Shown here one piece after another: positions 23,311-37,884 of a stretch of DNA of 64,000 nucleotides (its first letter is position 1; each line of letters opens with the position of its first letter). Location: positions 135,718,001 through 135,782,000 of the forward strand of contig OX597817.1 in NCBI GenBank assembly GCA_951406725.2, given 5' to 3'. The notes under the pieces were generated by a model that saw only the letters and a program-made list of their open reading frames with translations, was not told the DNA's origin and made no database searches. A program made the position numbers and the translations under genes. This stretch comes from Octopus vulgaris (Eukaryota).

Positions 23311-23414
23311 CTGACAGTCAACACAAACGCGCGCCTGTGTGTGTAAATGAATTTTTTTGAAAGCAATCTACCTGATGAAGGGCTAGCACACAACTGCTAA
23401 GCGTCTTAATCGGT

Positions 23415-23752
23415 TGAAATGCTTAGCGGTATTTCGTCTGCCGCTACGTTCAGAGTTCAAATTCCGCCGAGGTCGACTTTGCCTTTCATCCTTTCGGGAT
23501 CGATAAATTAAGTACAAGTTACGCACTGGGTTGATATAATCGACTTATTCCGTTTGTCCTCTCTGTGTTAAGCCCCTTGTGGGTAGTAAAGAAATAGGTA
23601 TTTCGTCTGCCGTTACGTTCTGGGTTCAAATTCCGCCGAGGTCGACTTTCCCTTGCCTTTCATCCTTTCGGGGTTGATAAATTAAGTACCAGTGAAACAC
23701 TGGGATCGATGTAATCGACTTGTCCTCGCCCCCAAAATTCAGGCCTTGTGCG
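23415..23752 (+). mobile_element. SINE family A dimer
   Basis: Two cores, usual internal junction. Confidence 0.9.
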
Positions 23753-24105
23753 TTCCACTGTGTGGAACCTTGGGCAAGTGTCTTCTACTATAGCCTCGGG
23801 CCGACCAAAGTCTTGTGAATGGATTTGGTAGACGCAGACTGAAAGAAGTCCGTCTGTGTGTATGTGTGTGTATGTGTGTGCGCGTATATGTTTGTGTGTG
23901 TGCCTGTGCTTGTACCCCACCATCGCTTGACAACCGATGTTGGTGTGTTTACGTTCCTGTAATGTAACGGTTCGGTAAAAGAGACCGATAAAATAAGTAC
24001 TAGGCTTACAAACATTATGCCCTGAGTTCGATTCATTCGACTAAAGGCGATGCTCCAGCATGGTCGCAGTCAAATGACTGAAATAAGTAAATAAATAAAT
24101 GAAAG
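23752..24105 (+). mobile_element. SINE family B, 5'-truncated
   Basis: ccttgggcaagtgtcttctactatagcc through aaatgactgaaataagtaa. Confidence 0.9.
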
Positions 24106-24129
24106 AATAATTAAATGAATATATATATA

Positions 24130-24567
<438 letters not shown>

Positions 24568-25952
24568 AAATTCCCGAGACAGTCAACTGTTTCGACACAC
24601 TTAGGACTCTTAAGTCGTGTTGAGCCTTCGAAGATAAAGATGAATCCACAACTTCGATTTCTTCCAACAAACTGACCTTCACCAACCTTCTGTTTTGTTC
24701 TCCAAGAATAGCTGCACTTATCTGGCCTTGAAATATTAATTACACGGTACACTTTTAGCCATTTCTCACAGCAATCAATGTGTTGTAAGAAAGACGTGTG
24801 TTTGGGCACTAATGGGTTGTGTGCTGCGGTATCAGCCTTTTGTGATAATTGTTTGTTGTGTTGCTGTGTTGTGGTAAAACTCTACGTGGGACTCGTGTGT
24901 GATGACAATGGTGCGTTGGGATAAAATAATTATGATTTACAACAGATAAATGCCACAACTTGATTCCGGTTTCATTGCGCGCGCGTGTCTTTTATTGGTG
25001 TTGGGCCATAGATGGAAGACAACAATATATTGAGTGGAAACCAATAGCAACAACAACAACAATAACAGCATCATTATCATTGTCTTTGTCATCATCGAGG
25101 TGTCGTCGCAGCCGTCGTCGTCATCGTCGTCCCCTCCTCCTTATCATCATCATTATCATCATCATCATCGGCATCTTCAACAAAATGCTTTCACTAATAT
25201 TTACAAATATTTAATAGTTTTAATGTAGATGTGTATAGGTTACGCGTGTGTAAGTGTATAATTCTGTCTGTGTGTGTGTATGTATGTCTGTGTGCGTGTA
25301 TATATATATATCTGTGTGTGTGTGTATGTGTGTGCGTGTGTGTGAGTGTATTGTAATCAATCTCAGACATTGTATAATGTAGTATGACCAGGGTTAGTTT
25401 CCGTTGTACGTTTTCTAGATAAACGAACCAAGTAGCAAGACGAGTTTGTTTGAGATTCCTCGCTCACTTCTATAAACTCGGAGAACGAAAGCGGACATCT
25501 TGCGAGCCGTTTGAGGACAATTGTTTGTGGCATGAGTGAAAAGGTCACCAGCAGTTGTCGGTCTTTGTGTGTTGCAGACGTTCAACAAATATCTCAGCTA
25601 TTCTCCATGTTAGCCAGGCGCCTGTTTGGCGAAAACTTCAAAAATATCCAAAACATATTTAGCAGAAGAAAAAGAAATCTAGAAAGCAAAACGGAGAAAA
25701 CTCGGTGGGGGACGAAAGCTACAAAAACAACAAATATCAATAAAGTAACAAATACAACGAAAGCAACAACTGAGAGATATATCCGACGATGCTTTTGTAC
25801 GTGTATGTAAGTGCTACAAATATTGGTACGTGTGTGTGTGTTTTTATATATTCATATGTATTTATATGAGTATGTATGTATATAGTAAAATGTACTTACA
25901 TATACATTTGTATGCATGTATGTGTGTGTATGCATATATATATTTGTGTGTG

Positions 25953-26033
<81 letters not shown>

Positions 26034-26060
26034 ATACATATACATACACGTGTGTGTGTG

Positions 26061-26156
26061 TTGAATTTTCTGCTGCTTTAAATAAAGCATATTACTCTAC
26101 CACTGGTATTTGAGTACTCTTTTTTCCACCTTGTTTCACATTTATGTGTTTACTCC

Positions 26157-26160
<4 letters not shown>
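26061..26160 (+). mobile_element. Family H 3' tail only
   Basis: Near-identical to the reverse complement of 49277-49377. Confidence 0.85.
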
Positions 26161-26208
<48 letters not shown>

Positions 26209-27538
26209 CGTTTCCATGTTTCCGTCTTTACATTGCGGCCATGGTGGGGCACTGCCTTGAAATAGTTTTAGGCGAACGAATCGACCCCGTACTTATTCTA
26301 TTTTTTTCTCAAGCTTGGTACTTATTTTATCGGTCGTTTTTTTTGCTGAATGTTAAGGTGTTGATGAAGCTCGCGAAATAGTAAGTGCAACGTGCATGGC
26401 GTTATTGATATGTGTGAAATTGCATAAATAAAAGCCAATAGGAATGGGAAAATATTTTGCAGACGTATAGCTGCGAAACAAAGAACTGGGTTTTCACTAA
26501 AATTCTAAAATGAAAGTAGAAAGCTTGACTCTGTGATGAGAACATCAAAGAAAGTGATAAAATGTCCACAAAGTTTGTAAAAATTTCCAGGGAAATCGAT
26601 AAAAGCCCCAGAAGATGATAAAAGCGTATAGAAAGATGGTAGAATGCAAGAAGAAATTGAAAATAATTGGAAAAACCAGACGTTGTCAAATATGTGGTGC
26701 AAAGACGAAGGAAAAAGGGGCAGGGGGGAAGGGGAAGAGGAAAAAAGGGTCTGTTTTTGAGAGAAAAGTGAATTCAAAGGGAGGGAAGCAGCGGAAGAAA
26801 TGGCATGGGTGGAATCTGTTAGGGGTGTTGGTCAGCTAAAAAGTGAGTAGCGGTCAAGCAGAAATGAAAGGTTGAAGGGAGGGATGCAAATGAGCGATTC
26901 ATCTCCACTAACTTTTACAGTGGCATGCGGGGGCTTGTTTGAATATTATAATTCATCCCTGTCCATCAGAGCTAAGATGGCTTTCATTTGAAATGAGAAC
27001 CACAAGATACACTGTAAATGCTGGAAGCAAAAAACACCAACAGCGTACAATTCTGAAATGTCCTGATATAGAATGGCTGTCTATCCTCTTTCACTAAACG
27101 CCAGCATATCATTTGTCCGCCAAACAAAAACCCACACATCCAAGGGTAACATTTATTTTTTGAAACTGCCACATTTTGACGAAATAACAACTGCAGAAAT
27201 CCGCCTTGCGATCCGTAAGGAAGGACTGGATATACAAATGACACGCAACCGATTGGGTACAGTAACAACGCAAAACGAGCCTTCACTTACACGTGCGCAT
27301 GCGCGTGTTACAGATCACAGACATCAACTATCAACACTTTTTCTCCGTAAATTTCCCGAAGAAGGGGCCCAAACACCGAAATATTGAAATACCAGGTAAT
27401 AAGGCAAACCATCGGCCAGTATTATTAATTCTAATAAATTGCATTGTTTTGGCCTTTTAAAAATATTAAAAATATGTATATCAAACAATACTTCACAAAA
27501 ACAAAACCCATACATACATACTCATATGTACACACAGA

Positions 27539-27593
<55 letters not shown>

Positions 27594-28039
27594 TAGCTGT
27601 TGGACCCGGCGTTGCTCATGTTTTCCGTGTTGAAGTTAAGCCCACCTCTGACCTTGTATTGAAATCTTCTAGGTTCCCCGTGCCTACTATTACCTATTAA
27701 GATGTTATATCTGGTTCGGCAGGGATTTTACCCGGTTAACGCTTTCGACATACTCCTACATACTGGACCGTCTGAAATCACAGTCAAACTTTTTGGGTGT
27801 AGCTCGACCCATTAAGAGTGATGTTTGTTTATTTATCTCCCCTTAATTCCACCATACTGACATCAACTCACTGCCATGAGCCTCGCTCACTCATCGATTT
27901 TCATCAAAATCGGACAAAAAATGCAAAAGCTGCAGGAAAAATAACATTGAAAAGAAAAATGATCACGCGAGGAAAAGATATATATAGATATATATCTATA
28001 TCTTCTCGTGTGTGACCCTTCTGTTCGAGTCAGACGCCG

Positions 28040-28230
28040 TGATAGATCGTTAGCCACTGCACACATTTTTTTCTCTTCCTGTTTCTCTCCTCGTTTTTTT
28101 CTGTGTCCCTTTTTGTGGAGGAGCGTAGGCTCGAAACGTAAAAGACTTTTTCTATTCCTGAGCGTTATACTAATACATCCGTCTGTTTTGTACACCACCT
28201 GTCTTCGTCTTTTGTTTTTTTTCGTAAACT
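28040..28230 (+). mobile_element. Family J element with A6U-variant hammerhead (28108-28145)
   Basis: CTTT TTGTGGA G GAGC-gtag-GCTC GAAA CG TA AAAG; body matches 54930-55080. Confidence 0.7.
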
Positions 28231-28257
28231 CTCTCTCTCTCCCCCTCTCTCTCTTTC

Positions 28258-28369
<112 letters not shown>

Positions 28370-28760
28370 ATTTTGCTTATTATGTAGACAGCGCTGTGAA
28401 GTTCTCAGGTTGACAATCTGAGACGTTAGGTATATTATATTTAAAAGAATTCTGGTAGGTTCAACGATTTAGAATAATAATAGAACAAATACTCAGCCAT
28501 AAAACTGGTGAATGCAGATTATTAAAAATATATTTAACGTATCACTCATTAAAATATTAAAAAAATATTTAAAATTTACAGATGCATAAATATATAAAAA
28601 TATAATACACAGATATGGATGGAAAAACTACGCCGATGTATAAAAATATACTAGCATCTTAATTCTTGAAATTGGAATACCGCCATCTAATCATTGGAAA
28701 CTTTACTTTTCATCTGGATGCTTAGACATTTCTTTATTCAGTTCTATATTTAAGAGAGGC

Positions 28761-28975
28761 ATTATGTACATTATTTACATTATTTACATTTGACGGATAT
28801 TTGCCCTCATCTTGTTTGTTGTTAACACAATGTTTCGGCTTATATACCCTCCAGCCTTCATCAGGTGTCTTGGGGAAATTTCGAACCTGGGTTCTCATTC
28901 CTATGCCATATGCCCACGGTGGTTAAGAGCGCGGGCTACAAACCCTAAAATTCCGAGTTCGATTCCAAATAGTGA

Positions 28976-29057
<82 letters not shown>

Positions 29058-29219
29058 GTCGAAAAATACATTAGGAATGAGAGAACCCAGGAGGTTCGAA
29101 ATTTTCCCAAGACACCTGATGAAGGCTGGAGGGTATATCAGCCGAAACGTTGTGTTAACAACAAACAAGATGAGGACAAACATCCGTCAAATGTAAATGA
29201 TGTAAATAATGTAAATAAT
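28761..29219 (+). mobile_element. Family K fold-back element: arms 28761-28903 / 29072-29219 around a tRNA-like head and (AAT)n
   Basis: Arms are reverse complements; B box gagttcgattcc at 28955-28966; second copy of the arm at about 57290-57435. Confidence 0.9.
29111..29156 (+). ncRNA. Type-I minimal hammerhead (family K), GUU site; mutated mirror at 28824-28869 (-)
   Basis: GACAC CTGATGA A GGCTG...CAGCC GAAA CG TT GTGTT. Confidence 0.8.
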
Positions 29220-29429
29220 TCACCTTTTTGCGATGATTTACAATTTTATTTTTTAATATTTTTTTGATATATAAATATATATATTTTTAAATATATTTTT
29301 TAAATATCTTTGTAACAACGCTCTTAATCTGTAAGTAGGACAATGTCTTCAATATATGTTAATATATCTTTATACATCTGTATAGATTTTCTATCCATAT
29401 ACGTCTATAATAATAATAATAATAATAAT

Positions 29430-29940
29430 GAAATTATTGTATACAGTGCTCAGGTGCACCACAACTTGTCAGAAAGTGCGTATAAAGTGTATGCAGTAAT
29501 GTACAAATGTCTGGAAAGCGAACAATGTATGAGTCAGATACATGCTTGTGAGTGTATGGAGGGGAGGAAATCAGGTGTAGTGTTGGCGAATCTCAGAAAG
29601 CATGGAAGTTTTGAAGGATGCAGTGCTCCGACAACTAACAAATTTATGCATCACAGTTCCAGTGATGGATTGGATGTGTAGTCTTCAAATCAGCTTTCTC
29701 CTTTCTGGTTTTGAGAAGCCTAGTTTCTCAAGATTGGCATTTAAGAAGTGTCTTACATATCCCAGTATCCCAATAATTACAGGTATAAACCTGAACTTGT
29801 AATCTGGAAAGAGTAACTGTAGATTTCTCAGTAGTTCAGCGTAGGTATTCTTTTGTTCACTGATCTTCAGCTCTATGCTAGCATCCACTGAGCAGCTAAT
29901 TTCCAGAACTGTGCACAGATTCTCTTCTCTATCCCAAATG
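29430..29940 (-). pseudogene. R4/Dong-type LINE 3' end (RLE C-terminus plus 3' UTR) ending in (TTA)n
   Basis: KNTYAELLRNLQLLFPDYKFRFIPVIIGILG. Confidence 0.8.
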
Positions 29941-30039
29941 TATGTATGTATGTATGTATGTATGTATGTATGTATGTATGTATGTATGTATGTATGTATG
30001 TATGTATGTATGTATGTATGTCTCTTCTATTTTTTAATT

Positions 30040-32340
30040 ATTATAAATCTTTCACTGAGGAGGGAGCCAGTTTCCAACGAAGATACAAGGCTCCATCTTT
30101 GGGATGTAGTTAACACAGACAAATTCACATTTGAAATTTGAGAAAAGTCTTGCATATTTTTACTGTTCCACTCACAGATTGCACTTGTAATGTACGAGTC
30201 AGCCGGTCGATTTCTCTTTCTGAAAATCCCAGTTTATCCAGATTCTCCTTCAAGCATTTACTAACAAAACCTTGTGCTCCAATTATTATTGGTATGAATA
30301 TGAATTCATAGTCTAGATATAGAAGCTGGAAGTTTCGAAGCAGTCATCCATAGATATCCTCTTTTTCTTTGATTTTCAAAGCGATATTTATATCTGAAGG
30401 GTAGCTGACCTCTATGATGGTACATACCTTTGCCCCTCTGTCCCAAACAACAATATCCGGCCAGTTATGTTTACATTTGACAGAAGTTTTGATGGGAATA
30501 TTCCACCAGTATTCCTTGAATTGGTGTTTATTAATGTATTCCATAACAGAGGGATTTTCTAAGTTTCTCCAGATTACAAGAGCGGCATTGTCTCTCTTGT
30601 TCACCGGGTACTTTGTGGCAATCTCCTGTTCCTGGATTGCAAACACATAGCCTTTAAAGTGTGACGTGATTTAGTGGTCTTGTGTCCAAGAGAAGCCTTG
30701 CTTCGTGTCAGTTCTACTGTTATCTTCAAGCTTCCGGGCAACTTACCCATGCAAGTCTTTTTTTTATATACTGAGTGCTTCACATCCAGGTCTTCTCCGA
30801 GGTAAGAGAGCCCAGCTGTTTTGGGGCTGTATAGGAGATCATCAGGAAGAGAGTGTTTCTTAAGGAGTTCACTGCCAATTCCCACAATGTTGCTTACTTC
30901 ACTTTTGAAGACTGCATTTATATATTTATTCTTGCTGCTGTTGTTTTGAAGGTGCTGCCTGAGTGATACCATACTGTATTAGAAGGCCGTCTGCACTGAT
31001 CTCAGGCCTCTAACGCCTTCATTTCTTCTAAGGTAGAGCTTGTCAACATAACTGTTTCTGTGGAAGTTCCCAGTTGTTTTTAGGATTTTGAGGGCTTTGA
31101 TATCTATGGAATGGATTTACTTTACAGACCAATCACGTATACCAAGTGTTGGGATCAGCACTAGTACTTCAAATGCATTGTGGGATATTGTTTTGTTGTA
31201 AGAGGAGAGTTCCGACTGCCAGATTTTCCTAAGTCTGGTTTAATATTCTCGGGTCACCCTATCTTTTCACAGTGCCTTCATATGATACATTTTCATCTAT
31301 TCCTAGGTACTTGTAGCATTCTTTGTGTGGTGTGGGGGAGACAGAGAGACCGTTGGCGCGCAGGTTTTAGGTTTGGAGGACTGACTTTTCTCGTTCTATA
31401 ACCAAATATGAACATTTCTTTTGGTCAAATTCCATGCCTATATCAGCTGAAAATTGGTTATTAATTCCAGTTGTTTTTGGCATTGTTAACACTTTTAACA
31501 TAACTCTTCAGGTCGTCTACAAAAAAATTATGAGTTACATTGATATTTCTAGCAGTTGAAAATTCTAGCATGTAACCATTTGTTTTCTGCATTAGGAACG
31601 ATAATGGATTCAGCGCCAAAATGAAAAGAAGTACAGAAAGACTATGTCGTTGGAATATTCTCTTTGAAATGCCTATCCTATTAGAAACAATTATTCTGTT
31701 CTCAGTTGTAAGGGTAAGAATTGTTGTCCATGTCTTTGTGAGTCTTTCTATAGCAGCAATTAATGTAGGAGATACTTTTGGCAGATGTAGGCACTTCAAC
31801 AGCCATGAATAAGAGATAGAGTCGAATTCCTTCTTATAGTCAAGCCATACTGTCACAAGGTTTCTACGTTGTTTTCTTACTTCAGTCAGTACAGATTTGT
31901 TTATTAAAAGTTGTTCTGCACATCCCCACACTCCCTTCTTTCTACCATCCTGTTCATCAGTCACAATGTTGTTCGACTCACAATGGTCCTGGAGGAATTT
32001 GGTTGAGGAAACTTGTCTACAGTTCGTACATAATGTTTAGGCAAGCAAATGGGCCTGTAGTTTCCTGCCATCTCGGTGATTTCACTTTTGGCAACAAGAT
32101 TTGTCCTTGCTGTAGCAAGCCAATGTGGTACATCAGCCTGACCTTTCATAGTCCTTTTGAACATATATATATATATCAATTGGTTTCTGTAAAATGTCAG
32201 CTTCTTGTGCCAATATGCAACTCTTAGGTCACTTCCAGGTGCCTTCCCGTTCTGCAGTTTGTCTCCTTCTACAGCGGACGTTTCTGCATCAATTTTTATA
32301 TGTTTTACTGTGAGTGGTGGTACAGTATTCTCTCTCAAAT
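30040..32340 (-). pseudogene. R4/Dong-type LINE relic: RT plus restriction-like endonuclease
   Basis: GNYRPICL, EQDG...GCAEQLLIN, WLDYKKEFDSI, IFQRHSLSVLLF, HNFFVDDLK, FAIQEQEIATK, HNWPDIVVWD...IIEVSYP. Confidence 0.9.
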
Positions 32341-32562
32341 GTATTTAACCATGATGCATTCACGGTGAAATGTATGTATGCATGTATGTACGGATGTACT
32401 GAGGAAATTGAAGGTCCAACTTTTCACAATAACCAATCAGTTTCATCTCGACGATGACGAAAGACCAATGGACTGGACTGTCTGATAATAATTTACCGTG
32501 ATGGAACTGGTCAGACATCGTGAGCAATTGCACCTATATATATATATATGTGTGTGTGTGTG

Positions 32563-32663
<101 letters not shown>

Positions 32664-32679
32664 GTATATATATATATGT

Positions 32680-32722
<43 letters not shown>

Positions 32723-32800
32723 CATATAAGTACTTATGTATATACATAAGTATGTGTGTATATGCACTTGAAATGTTTTTCTATTAACGGGCGCCATAGC

Positions 32801-32847
<47 letters not shown>

Positions 32848-33556
32848 CACGCAAACACACACACGCACATATATATATATATATATTATATATATGGGTA
32901 TATATATTGAATGTGTGCACGTGCATAAACACACACAAATCTATAAATATGTCTGTACACACACACACATACACTTATATGTATATCTAGAAGTGTATGT
33001 ATGTTTGTAAGTTTGTATGTATTTTGGTAAGTGTGTGTGTGTGTGTGTGTGTAATATAAAACAGAAAACGTCACCGTGGCTTGAGTGATTACAGACCAAG
33101 GCATTGAAATTGTCGATTATGTAGCATAAGGTGATGGTCTATATACTTATTTCCGTACAAATATCGAATACATACATACATACATACATACACACACACA
33201 TACATACATACATCCACACACACATGCATACATGCATACATACGCACACACGCGCGCACATACACCTACACATACACACACGCACACACATACACACGCA
33301 TACATATGTATGTGTGTGAGCACATATATATACGTATACACACACGCACGTACGCACACGCACACATACACAGAAAGAGAGAGAGAGAGAGAGAAATAGA
33401 GATAGAGATAGAAAGATAGAGATAGAAAGATAGAGAGACAGATAGAAAGCAATGTATGTATGCACAACCATCCATCCACCCATCCATATATATATACATA
33501 TATCGCACATCTAGATACACACACACACATACACACACGCAGACGCACATACACAT

Positions 33557-33602
<46 letters not shown>

Positions 33603-34169
33603 GCACATAGGCATGTACATATAATGAGGAAGAGACCGAAAGAGAGAAAATGTGTACGCGCGCACGCGCACGCGTGTGTGGCTGAGGTAGGAGGGGGGCT
33701 GGTGGTGGTGGTGGTGGTGGTGGTGGGAGGTCAGTGAACGTTGAGAGGATAATGGTGGACACCAAATTCAATAATCAGACAGTTATCGATCGTTGTATGA
33801 ATGTTTGGCTTGTCCGTCAGATTTCCCCCACCCACCACTCGCTCCTCGCTCCCCCCCGCCCATCGCCCCCACCCTCACCTACCCCACAACACAAACACCA
33901 TTCAATAACTGGACACTTGTTTTCTCCCTCCCTAGACGTCTTAACTGTTTATGTAATCACTTTGTTGCTGTTATTGTTGTTGTTATTATTATTGTTATTA
34001 TTGTTATTCTTCTTCTTATTATTCTTTCCTTTGTTGTTGTTGTTGTTCTCGTTAATCATATCGTTACTGTTGTTGTTGTTGTTGTTGTTATGGGCTGAAC
34101 TTTTTGTTGTTCATTTTGTTGTTGCTAGTTCTTAGTTAACTCGTCGTTATATTATTCATTGCTGCTGTT

Positions 34170-34180
34170 GGTGGTGGTGG

Positions 34181-34224
<44 letters not shown>

Positions 34225-34715
34225 GTGATGATGATGATGATGACGGTGATGATGATGATGATGATAATGATGAGGATGATGTTGATGATGATAATGAGGA
34301 TGATGATGTTGATGATGATAATGAGGATGATGATATTGATGATGATGATAAAGACGATGACGATGATGATGTAGATGATGATGATGATGATGATGATGAT
34401 GACGATGATAATGGTGATGATGCTGATGGTGAGGATGATGATGATGATGATGATGATGATGTTGATGATGATGGTGATGATGATGATGATGATGATGACG
34501 ATGATAATGGTGATGATGCTGATGGTGAGGATGATGATGATGATGATGATGATGTTGATGATGATGGTGATGATGATGATGATGATGATGATGATGGTGA
34601 TTATGTTGATGCTGATGCTGATGATGCTGATGGTGAGGATGATGATGATGATGATGATGATGATGTTGATGATGATGATGTTGATGATGACGATGGTGAT
34701 GACGATGCTGTTATT
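34170..34715. repeat. Long degenerate (GAT)n with internal higher-order duplication
   Basis: Direct reading; block acgatgataatggtgatgatgctgatggtgagg recurs. Confidence 0.95.
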
Positions 34716-35203
34716 ATAGAGGTTGTTTCTGCTGGTATAATGGTATATTTTCATAGCGGTGGTTGTTGTCATTAATCTAAGATTGTTGTTGATGTCGCTG
34801 CTGCTGCTGCTGCTGCTGTTGTTGTTGTTGTTAATGTTATTGTTGCAAGGTTGCTGGTTGGTTATTGCTGTTTGATGACGGTAAAATTAATGATGCCTCC
34901 TTCTGTTTACGTATTCGTCTCAGCTTTTATTACACATACACACACACATGCACATATACAAACACACATACACATCCCTTCTGTACACACACACACACAC
35001 ATATATATATAGGTATGTTACCACATCTGAAAATGTGTATGTGTTGTATTTTTACACATATACGTATTTATACACGAATATACACATATACAGGCAGATA
35101 AAAAGAGAAACATGAAATACATATGTACACACATACACATATATATATGTGTGTGTGTATATATATAATATATATATGTATATATATATATGTATATATA
35201 TAT

Positions 35204-35257
<54 letters not shown>

Positions 35258-35403
35258 ACACCCCCACATATATGTATGTATGTATGTATATATACACACA
35301 CACACACATATATATATATACATACACACATATATATATATATAATACATACTTAATTATATATATATAAGTATATACATGCATACATACATACATGCAT
35401 ACG

Positions 35404-35479
<76 letters not shown>

Positions 35480-35760
35480 CATACGTACATACATATTGAA
35501 ATATAGCGATGGTTAAAACGAAAAGACATTCGGGGATAAACTTGATCTATCGGTTGTAGAATAGAGACACATTTTACTCTGGACTCGAACTCGTGTCTCT
35601 ATCTGTTATTCTACACTAAAAATAGAATGTTGGACCGATAAAACCGCAACTTCGCGTTCGGAAAAATTATTTAGAATTATCTCTGTATTTATTTTAATAC
35701 GTTTAGCCCATATTCATTTTCGAGTTTCTTTTCATCCTATATATATATATATATATATAT

Positions 35761-36616
<856 letters not shown>

Positions 36617-36626
36617 AATATTTATA

Positions 36627-36962
36627 TATAGGTTAAATAAAATAAGACAACAAAGCAAGGCGGTGTGAAATTTCTAGGACATTTTATAAGGAGAAGGGTA
36701 GTCTTACAGCTGTTTCAGGGATATAAAAGATACCCCATCATCTTTTATATCCCTGAAACAGCTTTAAGACTATCCTCTTTATAAAATGTCCTAGAAATTT
36801 CACACTGCCATGGCTTTGTTGTCTTATTTTAGTTGACCTATACACGCTCACACACGACTCCTTACTCATACTATTATCGAACCGGGAGTCTTACAGCGGT
36901 CCCTCCGTAGCACTCACGTAACTTTAGCTGCCTTTTGGATCTTCTGGATATCAATACCTGTC

Positions 36963-36963
<1 letters not shown>
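36627..36963. mobile_element. Fold-back element in microsatellite: arms 36627-36731 / 36740-36842 plus tail; truncated HHR at the apex
   Basis: Minus strand GATGA T GGGG...CCCT GAAA CAGCTG TA AGAC, lacking C3U4 and the 5' strand of stem I. Confidence 0.85.
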
Positions 36964-36993
<30 letters not shown>

Positions 36994-37039
36994 TGTATGT
37001 ATGTATGTATGTATGTAGGTATGTATGTATATATAGACA

Positions 37040-37387
37040 CCTGTTGTTATTTCTTGTTTTTTGTATTCGTAACTGTGTACCGTGTTCTCCGTTTTTTTTT
37101 GTTTTTTTTTGTCATTGTTGCCGTACACATTCGCTAGGTTTCTTACAAAGGGGTCTAATGCTCTTAGCTTAGACTTTTTAGGGGGCAACCAGATCGAACC
37201 ATCTCAAGTGTAATTGTCCGAAATGGTCGTGACTTCTGATACTTGATTGAGGAAAGAAACCCACGAATGACCCGTCTTTTTTTTACCTGTCCTTTTTATT
37301 GTTGTTTCTCTTGTCCGCCTTTGTATCATATATCTGTCTGAATGTTTTAATGACCTCTATTGCGTTTTGGTTCCATTTTTATATTTG

Positions 37388-37390
<3 letters not shown>
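37040..37390 (+). mobile_element. Family G element, second copy
   Basis: Diverged relative of 14150-14460. Confidence 0.6.
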
Positions 37391-37418
<28 letters not shown>

Positions 37419-37485
37419 CAGTATATGTATATGTATAAGTATATGTATATATATATACATACATTTATATATACATATGTATCTA

Positions 37486-37529
<44 letters not shown>

Positions 37530-37568
37530 CATATATATGTATATATATATTATATATATACATATATG

Positions 37569-37617
<49 letters not shown>

Positions 37618-37784
37618 ATATGTAGATTAGTTACAAGATTCATTGGAATCTTGGTATATCAACAAGCAGAACGCCAGGAATGGCTGAGTACTTAGTATTA
37701 AGCTCACAGTAAGGTGAATCAACAGTTGTTCATTATGATGGTGGGTGAATGGGTCATCTTCTGTTTCTCTCTGACCCGTTTATG

Positions 37785-37884
37785 TGTTTAAAGTTTGCCT
37801 GATGACGCCGGAGTTTTGCTATGATACTACATAAGAATGCATGAATTAAATGCTGCCGAAACAGCTGTTGGGAATTTTGAACAC
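37785..37884 (+). ncRNA. Degenerate type-I hammerhead with long stem II
   Basis: AAAGTTTGC CTGATGA ... GAAA CAGCTG TT GGGAATTTT; core intact, stem II eroded. Confidence 0.6.

Noticed and set aside
23368-23405. CTGATGA followed by a GCTAGCA/TGCTAAGC hairpin
   Set aside because: Only the 5' half; the GAAA/stem III part is missing where a SINE A begins
24575-24625. Minus-strand GAAA CAG-ttga-CTG TC (good stem III and GUC)
   Set aside because: No CUGANGA-like core at a usable position; flank lost in microsatellite
26615-26839. Lys-rich ORF with CQIC motif
   Set aside because: Short, purine-biased, with a single CxxC; no supporting domain or splice evidence
32478-32520. tgtctgataa...ggaactggtcagaca HHR-like hairpin
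   Set aside because: Too many core deviations to support
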